A stretch of DNA of 64,000 bases. Origin: Selaginella moellendorffii. Its lineage: Eukaryota > Plantae > Lycopodiophyta. The stretch lies in NCBI RefSeq assembly GCF_000143415.4, contig NW_003314323.1, positions 314,499 through 378,498 on the forward strand, in the 5' to 3' direction. This document shows positions 11,770 through 22,335 of this stretch, in pieces. Numbering within the stretch: the stretch's first letter is position 1; every line of letters begins with the position of its first letter. The notes under the pieces were generated by a model that saw only the letters and a list, made by a program, of their open reading frames with translations, was not told the origin of the DNA and ran no database searches. The position numbers were made by a program, and so were the translations under genes.

Positions 11770-13579
11770 CGTCGAGGATCATCGCTTGCCTTCTTCGCGA
11801 TGGCTGCTGCTTGTAGAAACTGGAGAGAAGAACATAGTGAGCGCCATCTTCTGGATCGAGCTCCGCGGCATTCGTTGCCGCGAGATCCGCGCGAATTCCA
11901 TCGCCGTGGAGCGCGCTCGAATTCAGCAGCATCGACCACGCGAGATTGCTTGGAAAGAATGGCATCCTGTCGACCAGCTCGTGGGCTTCCTCGATCCGGC
12001 CACACCGTCCCAGCAAATCCACCATGCAGCAGTAATGTACCAGCTGCTGATGCTGATCTCCATCCTCGCGCATCGAGATCCAGATATCCCAGCCTCGATC
12101 CACAAGCCCGCCTCTCCCACACGCCGTGAGCACCGCCGTGTACGTGAGATCCTCCGGAAGAACACCCTGGAGCCGCATTGCCGAGAAGATATCCAGCGAG
12201 CTCGCGATCTCGCCATTCTGCGCGTACCCAGCGATCATCACGTTCCAGGAGATCGCGTCCCGCTCGGCCATGGCGTCGAAGATCTTCCTGGCATCGCCCA
12301 TCCGCCCCGAGTGAGCGAATGCCAGTGCCAGGGAATTGCAAGCCGCTGAATCCCTGCAAGGCATCGCCTGGAAGATCGATCTCGCTTCGTCTAGCTGCTG
12401 GATCTGGGCGTGAGCGGTGAGAATCTCCGTCCACGAGACGATGCTCCGCGTCTCCATCGCCAGGAAGAAGTTCCAGGCCTCTTGGATCCGGCAGCTGGCC
12501 ACGAAGCCTTGGAGCATTGCGTTCCACGACACCACATCGCGATCCGGCATGGAATCAAAGAAGAGCTTCGCGTCTTCGATGGTTGCGCGCTCCACGGAGA
12601 TGGTGAGCATCGCATTCCAGGCGCTCAAGCTCAACGCTGGAAGTCTCTCAAACACTCTCCGGGCTTCTCCCAGGAGGCCCAGCCGGGCAAATGCTACGAG
12701 CATGAGAGACCACGACACAGCATTGCGTTCTGGCATCAAATCGAAAATATTCTTCGCGTCATTGAATGATCCACACTCGGCATATCCTTGCAACGTTGCC
12801 GTCCACGTCACAACGTCGTGAAGTGGCATCCTTTCGGCAAAACTTTGGGCTTTCTCCAGATGCCGAGCATGGGCAAATGCTGATACCATGGCATTCCACG
12901 CGAATTCGTTTCGATGGCGCATCGCGAAGAACACAAACTGCGCTTCCTCTAAGTACTGGTTTTGAATGTAGCCCACGAGAATCGCTGTTGCAGAGACGAG
13001 ATCAAACACCGGCATCGACTCAAAGACGCTCCTTGCAAGGGAAACTTGCCCGCAACGGGCATGCGCAGTAATGAGGCAATTCCACGAGAGTATCGTCCTG
13101 CTCGTCATGGAATCAAACGCAGCCCTGGCGCGATCGATCTGCCCGGCGTGGGTGTAGCACTGGATCATCGTCGTCCAGGTGATGGCATCCAGCGCCGGGG
13201 TCCTGTCCGCCACCGCTCTTGCGCTTGTAAAGCTCCCATTCGCCACCAGCGCTGCCAGGAGCAAATTCCAGGAGACGATGTTGCGCTGTGGCATGGAATC
13301 GAAGATGTTCTTGGTGTGATCTAGCCGCCCAGCTCGAGCGCAGGCCTGGGCGAGGAGATGCCACGAGTAGATGTTGGGATGGGCAATGGACTGGAAGATG
13401 GATCGTGCCTCGTCGAGGCTGCCACAGATGGAGTACATCCCAAGGAGCAAATTGGAGAGGTATGTGCTGCATTGGAGAAGGCCTAAGCGAGCAAGCCGGT
13501 AGTGAATTGCCCGCCCTCGTTGCAAATCCCTCTTTTTGGTGCACTCCTTTAGTTTAAGAGCCCAAAGGTTTCCATCCAT
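11717..13579 (-). CDS. PLS-class PPR protein with E1/E2 domains, no DYW (~620 aa)
   Basis: Intronless ORF from MDGNLW, PPR repeats, then HYCCMVDLLGRCGRIEEAHELVDRMPF...HYVLLSSFY. Confidence 0.92.
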   Translation of the reverse strand: MDGNLWALKLKECTKKRDLQRGRAIHYRLARLGLLQCSTYLSNLLLGMYSICGSLDEARSIFQSIAHPNIYSWHLLAQACARAGRLDHTKNIFDSMPQRNIVSWNLLLAALVANGSFTSARAVADRTPALDAITWTTMIQCYTHAGQIDRARAAFDSMTSRTILSWNCLITAHARCGQVSLARSVFESMPVFDLVSATAILVGYIQNQYLEEAQFVFFAMRHRNEFAWNAMVSAFAHARHLEKAQSFAERMPLHDVVTWTATLQGYAECGSFNDAKNIFDLMPERNAVSWSLMLVAFARLGLLGEARRVFERLPALSLSAWNAMLTISVERATIEDAKLFFDSMPDRDVVSWNAMLQGFVASCRIQEAWNFFLAMETRSIVSWTEILTAHAQIQQLDEARSIFQAMPCRDSAACNSLALAFAHSGRMGDARKIFDAMAERDAISWNVMIAGYAQNGEIASSLDIFSAMRLQGVLPEDLTYTAVLTACGRGGLVDRGWDIWISMREDGDQHQQLVHYCCMVDLLGRCGRIEEAHELVDRMPFFPSNLAWSMLLNSSALHGDGIRADLAATNAAELDPEDGAHYVLLSSFYKQQPSRRRQAMILDDDLLEEARQARAQEGLA

Positions 13580-13847
13580 GCAAAAAAAGATACCCACTAT
13601 AGCTAATTTAATGTCAAAGTTTAGTTATTTCTGGTTAGATTGAATGATTTGCTAATAGTAGTTTCAACTCGAGAGCTTGATTGTGGCATGAATCCGAGAA
13701 ATGGACCCATTGTCACGTGGACCACTCATCTTCGCCATGGAAATTGTGGTTGTGGATTGGAAAATCAACCCGAGACTTTGGTGGGGTGCCGGGTTCGATT
13801 TCGATCCAGTGCTCCAGTGAGAAGGTCTGGATGAAAAGAAAGAGAAG

Positions 13848-16166
13848 ATGGTGTTCGTGTCGGTGGAGGCAAGGCCACGAATTCACATTCCACTGACCAC
13901 GGTACGCATCATTCGTTCCACACCCGAGAAAATGCCTCCTTTTTCTGTGTTCTCCAGCACAGATTTGCTGCTCACAAATCCGAGGGCGCGGGCGAGACCT
14001 CTGATTCCGGGACCGATGCTGCGGTGCGAATCTCAACGCTGGACGAGCGGCAGTGCTGCAAATTCATGCCGCTCGCCATGCCCGCCACGAAATCCTCGTC
14101 CAAGCTGCGCTCTTTCAAAAGGATTTCCAGGAACTCGATCAGCTCCTCGGCCTCCGGCCACAGCCACGACCTGGGCTCTGGCAAATCCGACGAGAATGCG
14201 GCCGATTGGATCAACTCGGCCGTCAAAGACCCTCTTGTGGAGATTGACCCAGTGACCATGGAGCAGCTACTTAAGAACAGGGGAGTAGATTCTTCGGCTG
14301 GGAGCACCACTCCAGTCGCGATTTCTCCGCAGCCTCTTTGGCAACTCTTTTCGTCGCCGGCGCCGCAAGGATTTGGGAGCGTTCTTTTGGCTTTGGGTGC
14401 TACCATTTTCGTCGCAAGCCTTGCTACCGTGGGTTACTTGATGAGAAATCACAGCCAGGGGATCGAGAAGGTCAATTCCTCCAAGGATGGTATTTTTTTC
14501 CAAGGAGGGAAATCGCTCGCAGTGGTGGACCCAGGATTGGATGATCCTTCTTATTTGAGTGATGAGGAGAGGAGGCTGGATTTGCTGAGCATTGTCGATG
14601 GTGGCGGGGATGGATCATCCGAAAGTGATGGTGTTGGCGACGCCTCCAGAGAAGAGATCTTTGCAACCCCGAGTGAATTGGAACCCGAGGGTGGTGAAAT
14701 CTTCTTCAAAGAAAACACTGGCAAATTAGAGTTTGAAGATCTGAAAGTCCAGGAACCAGCGAGTTTTTCTGACGAGGTGACAACCAGTTCAGAAGACCAT
14801 GAAGATCGCACTAGAGGCTTTGAGGGTTTTGAGGCTAGCGGATCAAAAGGTAGTAGCAAAGAAGAGATCGACTTGGAAGAAGATATGGTCACTCCTGAGG
14901 TGGTGGTAGCAGCTGCCATAGCAGCGACAGCCTCGCTAAGCAGAGAATTCCAAAGAGCCATCACGGAGAAAAGACAGGAAGCTCACGTCGAAAGCTTGGA
15001 GGAAATAGTCGTGGCTGAGATGGATGAATCGAGTGAGTCGAGTGAGTCGGAGGATGACGTGCTGACGAATGATATAGTTAGAGATGTTCTGGCGGACTTG
15101 GCTGCTCTGGAAGCGATGGAAAGAGAGAAAGCCGCCATGAATCGTGTCGGAAGCTTGGATGGAGCCAGAAACACTTGGGGAGATGACGAGTTGAAGGCAG
15201 TAGAAAAAGCTCGAGATGGTTTGGATGAAGTTACAAGCACCGCTTCAGAGTTGTATGGAAGCTCCAGAGTTGACGACAAAGTTCTGGCTCGACAGTCAAT
15301 TAGAAGACAAGAAAAAGCGATTCCATCTTACAAATCAAATGATGGTGTTCAAACAGTTGACTACGGTGATACCCACAAAGGTTACGAAACAAAGCAAGGA
15401 GAAGAACTAAGAAGAATCCATAGCTCCGATGATTCACAAGAGAAGGTACTTTTAATTCCATCCTTGAATGAATTTTATTTTGTAACATGTGTTTCGTTCC
15501 AGGAAGTTCTTTCTTTGAAAGCTTATCCATCAGCTGATGTTGATGTGGAGGTGACTCAATTGATTCCCAACTTTACTTTTCACTCGGTTTTTACACAATC
15601 TTTTGCAGAAACTTAATCACACTCCTGGTCAACATTCTCGAGACAATATGGTATGGTGATTTTGAAATTTGGAATGCTGATTTTGATGTCATTACCAATT
15701 CCACCAGTGGATGACAAAATCAGAAAAAAATGATAATCAAATGGTTTGTTTATTTTGTTTATTTTATTTTCATTTTCTAAATATGTTAAATATCAGATTT
15801 ACAAAGATTACAAAGAGGAGATCAAAAAAATTGTACAAGCTGTAGTTCCAGCAGTTGCAGTTGGAGCTGGTGCCATAAGCATGATTAATGGAGGTAATTT
15901 CATTTTCTTTTATTCTCTGTTGCTATTTTTTTTTTATTAGTTGATGCTGCACTAGAAATGGTGGGTTTTGCTGCAACTGCAAGCTTTGTATGGTATGATT
16001 TATTATGGGCTGAAACTAGGTAAGAAAAATTATAAGTACTAAAATAAATTTACATTTGTGGCTTTCTCATAGGCAAGATCTTTATAAGGACTTTCAAGGC
16101 ATAAAAAATCACAAGGAGTTGCTTCAATTTTTAAGATCTAAAAAAATTGTTCAACCAAAGGTTTAG
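13848..16166 (+). CDS. Acidic low-complexity membrane protein with C-terminal CAAD/CURT1-like helices (putative plastid protein), multi-exon
   Basis: Exon 1 MVFVSVEARPRIHIPLTT|gtacgc..ccag splices in frame into the 530-aa ORF, which has a TM segment (VLLALGATIFVASLATVGYL) and a long E/D/S-rich region. Last exons read QAVVPAVAVGAGAISM / DAALEMVGFAATASFVWYDLLWAETR / QDLYKDF..KV*, resembling the CAAD motif ELVG....WF.YRYLL...R.EL. Confidence 0.6.
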
Positions 16167-16699
16167 AAAAATTTATATTCATTATATAAGTTATCACCAC
16201 GATAAAATTAATGTTAAAATTAAATTTATCATCATCATTTTGCCCTAAACTTGCAAGGAAGAAAGGTATACACCCCTATATGGAATATCCTCTATCATGC
16301 TCAAAATACTTATATCAAAAAATATTTATGCTCCAAAATGCTTTACAACAAGTGACCATGCATGCATTGAGTAGCCCCTTCACATAAAAAGAACCCATGA
16401 CCTATAGCTTTAAAAATCTGTAGCCAAAGAAAGAAAATACCCAAGACAAGTAACTGTAGAAAGAGAGTGAAATAACAAAAAAACAAAAAGGATAAAAGTG
16501 TGGAATTTGAAGACAAAGGGAAAATTTAGTGGAAAACTCTATAGTTAAATTAAACCTTTGATCCAATAAAAAAAGGAGAAAGTGAAAGAAAAAGATTGAG
16601 ATCAATACCATTTAGAAAAACTATGACCCAAACACAACTCCATATTAAAAACAAAGTGAAAGAACAAAGAAATACAAAAAAAGAAAAGAGCAAAGAGAA

Positions 16700-19250
16700 T
16701 GAAGTTTTGCAAGTTTAAAACTTTTATGCAACACGTCTAAAATCACTAACCAAAGGAATCTCTTAAGTGTCATTGTGAAATCCTAGAACTTGCCATTTGA
16801 GATGGAATAAAACTCATATCAAATATCCATGATAAAGTACATGGTGCCCAGAGATGTACTTGAAAGTCACACATTAGTGCATAATAGATCACAATAAGGT
16901 GGATACATTGCCTTTATAGTTGGCCAAAGAAAGCCTCTTGTGAAAACTCTACTATAGCACCAAATGTTGGCAATAAGAGAAGATTATTGTCTTTTAGAGA
17001 TAGTAATATATGCTTAACCTAGAGACTTGCAATAGCCTCCTCCACCAAGTCTGGTATAAACTCAGCCTCAAATAAAGAGGTCATACTCTCTAGAGAACTC
17101 TTCTACAAAAGAGAGGTATCTATAAGAAACTCCACAATGCTTTTCTTCACAATTTTCTGGTGCTCTGGCTGCTCCAAAGGTGATATAACTTCAATATGAG
17201 TACTCTAAAGCTCCTTTACTAGTTGTGGAAGCAAAATTATGCCTTGATCAATTGCTAACTCTGAATCCTTTATAGTGGGCATTTAGGGAATTTCTAAAAT
17301 CTTTGCCATATCTTGCATTTGATTGGTCCCAAACACATTCTGAATATATGAATATATATTTGAGAATCCCATGCTAATGTTGTCCAGTAAGTGTGAAAGG
17401 AATCAATGTTGCTGCATTCCACCATCATAGTTTTTAACAACTGTGCAATAGAAAGAATCTATGACATAGGGGCATTCAATTGAATGTGTGATGGACCTGG
17501 AGGCTCTAGGATCGAGTCCTCCTCATTTCTCCAAGAATGCTTTGGTCTTGGGTAGTCATAAACTTCCAAGTCGGGCAAACTCTCATTGTAAAGAAGTTGT
17601 AGGAAAACCATAAATAGATCATCATATTATAAATGATTAAATTTTCCATTCTACTTTAATCACTTAACCACACTTCCAACCACTTGAAGGAGTTTCATTC
17701 ACAATCTCCATAAATCCTCTTCCAGACTTAGGGACTTGCTAGCCCTGAAAATGGCATCCATACCACTCAACCTTTGCACTTGGTTCAAGTGCTTCATGTG
17801 CTTGATCCCATGATTGACACTTAAATGTACCACCAACATATCAACTTGTTACACTAAAACTATGCTCATTCACCTTTGTCACAATAGTGATCCAACACCA
17901 TCTACATCATAATCCCATCTCTTGAAGACTGAGCCATCTGTCCATGAGTGATCATTACAAATCCACTTCTTATTATCTTTAGGATGCCTACAAACATGGG
18001 GAATAGCCTTCTCTAATATCCCTTTTTCAATCCTCATCAAGTCCCTTTCTGTTCACAGCCGTGTTTGCCAACACTGCCACTGAGTTAAAGCTTGAAGGCC
18101 TAACCATTACGTCCTATTGACCTCTAGGACTTCCTTGCAGTATGACCGCATCCTTGGTCATCATATAAGAGGACTACTCCTCTTCTTGTCCACAATTTAG
18201 GACTCTGGGATGACATTTTGAAACACCACGGCCCTACACGAGCCTCATGGGTACTCTTCCCACCATTCGCCTTTAGGTACCCTAGCTAGGTGACTAAAGC
18301 GAGGTTTCGATGAGCCACACCAGGTATCCAAGTAGGTAGTGCCACCTACACTTGGACTAAAAGCATTGATCATTCAATCTCCCAAAGGAGCTAGAGCCGA
18401 CTCATGAACACTTTACCAAGCTACCCCACTTGTTTATCCATATTCACTTTAGCCTTAAACTTTCTAGTGGTTATATCATCACTCAACACGTGGGTATAGC
18501 CTTTTTGAACCACACTAGCCTTTCTTGGCCAAACAAATTCCACTAGAGTCCAACCCACACACTCTCCCTACTGTAATTTTGGAACCCCTTATAGCCCAGC
18601 CCCCACCCCCCCTGGGGGACGATCGCTTTGGGCTTTCACCCAATAGCTTGTATTAGTATTCGGACTCGGACTCGAACTCGAACTCGGACTCAAACTCGAG
18701 CTCGGACTCGGATTCAGACTCAGTCTCGGACTCAGACTTAGACTCAGATTCAGTCTCGATCTTGGTCTCGGTCTTGGTCTTGATTCCATCTTAGACTCCA
18801 TCTCAAACTTTATCTTGGACTCCATATCAGACTCCATCTCAGGTCCATCTTGAACTATTTTGGACTTTATTTTGGACTCCATCTCAGACTCCATCTCGAA
18901 TCCATCTCGGACTCTATCTTGGGTCCATCTCAAACTTTATCTCGAACTCCATCTCGGATTCCATCTCAGCCTCCATCTCAGGTCCATCTTGACACTTCCA
19001 CATATCATGTGTTAGTCCTCTTGTGTCCCTTTTCCAGAGACTCACTTATTGCTTGCTTCATGCTTATTCTTTGAGCACTTTGTTAAGAGTTTCACTCCTG
19101 CTCTTGACTTTTCAAGTCAAAGCTTTTAATTCAAATATGTTATGCTCGTTTGTCTTCCACTTCAGGCATTACCACATGGCACCCTTTTGGCTCCACTTTT
19201 GGGGCTTTGGGATTTGTGTCTCATAAATACTTCTATGTCTCTATTATGCT
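16700..19250. mobile_element. Decayed retroelement-like / LTR-like region
   Basis: CpG-poor, no long ORFs, stop-riddled minus-strand coding-like texture, adjacent to clear gypsy remnants; family not identifiable by eye. Confidence 0.35.
18660..18995. repeat. Short-period tandem repeats: (CGGACT/CAGACT)n, then ~12-bp GACTCCATCTCA units
   Basis: Directly visible: cggactcggactcgaactcgaactcggact... followed by gactccatctca(g/a) repeats. Confidence 0.9.
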
Positions 19251-19299
19251 CACCACCTTCTGCTCAACTTGAAGTCTTTGCCCACGCTTATTAAGAAGA

Positions 19300-21100
19300 G
19301 TTGCAAACCATTTTCCATTTGAGATGGTCATTGATCCCAAGTGCCAACATGTATCACAATCCATTATTTCATGCCAAGACTGACTAAAGATGACATAGTT
19401 TCAACTATGTGAAGCTTAGCAAATGTCTTAAGAATGATTGTTGTAGTAAATAACATCTCTATGCCTAGATGATTATAAAGTGTAAAGAAATTATGTTGCT
19501 CCCAGTACTAGAGTCCAAGAGTGCTCTATCAATCATTGTATAAGTGATCCCAATTAGTGTAAAAAAAGCACTTGGATCCAACTGAATTGGACAATCCACA
19601 AGCTGCACTTGTTCATTGGAAGGTGCTTGGGAAGCACTAGAGTTAGGCTAGAGTCTAGAGAACTAAACCAGTTACAACCAAGCCCTAAATGCATTAGAGT
19701 AAGTCACCAAGAGAAACATTGAGTTGGATTGCTTGAATTTACTCCAACAAATGTGTTAGGAGTGTGGCTTTGGTTTTCTAAGAAAAAGAAACACTCTAAT
19801 GTAAATTTCTAGGCAAAACTTACCCTAGTTAAGAAGTACCAATTGGAATTGAAGATGCTGCTACAAATGCTCGAGAGAAGGGCAAATGCACCTCTATAAG
19901 TGGAGATGGTGGTGCTTGATCAAACTTAATAGTAGTTGGGATCTTTTTCTTCTTGCCACCAGTAATAGTTACAATGGTCTTCTCCATTATAGGTTCCACT
20001 CATTCAAAAGTTTTGCCACAATCTTGTAGTGGTGGGGCTTTGATGGCTTTTTGTTGCAATGCTACCTAGTAACCATCTACCTGAAAGCTTAAGTTGTCTG
20101 CAAAGGGCTATATTATAGCTTGTTGTTGCTTCCTGGGATGTTGTTTTGGGTGTAGCTTCCAACAATAATTGTAATGTGAGCAATAATGATGTGGCTTGCA
20201 AGAAGAGGCTTGTACCTTGAAAGCGTGGATTTCCTCCAAAAGCCACTCTTGCTACTATTGCTAGAGTATGAATTTTTGTTGCTGCTAGAGTAACACAACC
20301 TTGTATTGTTGAAGTTTTGACATGGCCGAGGAATACAAGAGTTTGCAGTTGGTGCCAATGATGGTGGGCGTCCTAGAGAGTATACATTATTGTAGTGGGA
20401 GACAGCCTAAACATTTTTGCCATACTAAAAACATTTAAATCACATCAAATCATTCTCAATCTCCATGATATGATCATATATATTGCTACATTTGGAATGG
20501 CATTACTTAGCCACCTTTTGTTGAATCTTTGGCTTGAGCCTAATCACATAAGTGGAGATAGCTAGATTCTCCTCCTTTGTCACCTCTTTTGCTTAACAAA
20601 TCTTCTAATATTGCTTGAATCATGTCATGTAATCAAACACAAATTTATTACCATCTTGCTAAAAGAGGAAAAACTTATGAAACACTTGTTGTGGGCTCTT
20701 CTCCTTTCCCTGCTAATGATCTCATAAACTCTACACATTGTGCCACATTAGTCAAGATATAATTGGAGGTATAATATTGGGCAAAATTGTCTATATGATT
20801 CTATGGGAGAAACCTTGAAGTAGGATCAAACATAGGTAAATCTATAGTACATTAGAGAAAATGAATTTTTGGCTGCTCCATTCAATCCACTTTCAAAATT
20901 TGTAACTAATGAAGAAAACTTGCTATCTAAGATGCATTTCTAGAAATCTAGCTCATGCTACAACCAAGAGAATTGCCCTTAAGCTTGGAACAAAAGAATA
21001 GTTTGTGTCATAAACTCTAAAAAGTTATTCCTTGTTTGCACAGGTCATGAGCCGCAAATGCCTAGCAATGGCAAATGCCAAGTCATGCCACAAACCAAAG
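19300..21100 (-). mobile_element. Decayed LTR-retrotransposon gag/protease region
   Basis: Minus strand near 19480-19535 reads IDRALLDSSTGSNIISL, a retropepsin-like LLDSG motif; upstream low-complexity gag-like sequence with many stops. Confidence 0.55.
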
Positions 21101-21429
21101 AAATGTTTAACTATAATATACCTCTACCTCAACTAGCATGTTTAGAATATGTCTTAAGCTCTAATAACCAACTGTAAATATGAAAATTACCTAGCTCTTG
21201 AAATAAATAAGAGTTATACACCAAGAAAACTTCAACACAAACAAGAGGAAATATGAAAATTGGAAAACTTGAGTTAGCTGCAATGAAAATGGGTGCTTAT
21301 TAGAAAGCCCTTGACATACCCTAACTCTAAAAAAAAAAAATCTTGGAAAATTTAAGTAGAAAAGAGGCAAAAAAACTCTAAACTCCTCACAGACAACACA
21401 AAAAGAGAAATGATGTTAAATCTCTTAAC

Positions 21430-21950
21430 ATATTACTCATGAATAGGAATCAAAAGAAAAACAAGAATATCGTCTAAGAAAATCTTTATAAATTCATGTA
21501 AATAATAATCAAACACTTTCATTATCAATTGAGAAAATGTGGCTGGAACATTTGTCAATCCAAACAGTATAATTGTGAAGTCAAAATGGCTTAAGTTCAT
21601 GTTAAACACTATTTTAGAGATAGATATATCATTTATCACAATTTAGTAATATCCACTCTTCATATTAATCTTGGTCACTAAGTTTGTTTAAGATATTATC
21701 CACACATGACATCAATATTTTATCCTTCATTATTTTTTTATTCAAGGTATAAAATTTGCATTTATGCATTATTCTTTTACACAAGCAAGATTGGTATGCT
21801 AAACAAAAACTTACTTAGCTGAATAAATCCAAACTTAAATAATTCTTTAACTTGTCTTTGTCTTTAAACCTTTATATAGCTTTAGCATAATCTACCTTGA
21901 CATTTTGTAAAGCTTAATTTCTTTTATCTTATGCAAAATATACATGCCAG
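21430..21950 (-). mobile_element. Ty3/gypsy reverse transcriptase remnant
   Basis: LFGLTNVPATFSQLIMKVFDYYLHEFIKIFLDDILVF matches the gypsy RT consensus MPFGLTNAPATFQRLM..VF....FV.VYLDDILV; strongly AT-shifted. Confidence 0.85.
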
Positions 21951-22335
21951 TTTGTTGGTCTTAAGTTCTTTGAGTAGATTTGTCTAGATTCACGAGCTTA
22001 AGCTCGCAAAAGTCTGGTTCTTTTTTAAAAGTTCTCAATTCATTTAATGCAAATCTTCATTGTGTAAAATTGATTTATTTTGTTCACATGGACACTAAGG
22101 AAAGGCCAAGAGTAGTGGAGTCACCTTAGAGGCAAATGGCCCAAAAGTAACACCAAGCTACTCTTTACACTTTACACTTGTTTAGTCCTTATGGAACATT
22201 GGACATTGCTCTGAAAGCCCATGAGTCATAAATTTATGAAAGACTTGGTGAACTTCTTTTCAAAGAATGGCAAGGGTAAGTGCTTCTATGGGATGGGAAC
22301 GATATTTATATTTTAGGCATTGATTTATGGTGTAC

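Noticed and set aside
6986-13557. Numerous overlapping plus-strand and alternative-frame ORFs
   Set aside because: Shadow ORFs of GC-rich PPR coding sequence; no independent motifs.
18589-18933. 114-aa ORF with MESE/SPS repeats
   Set aside because: Translation of a 6/12-bp tandem repeat.
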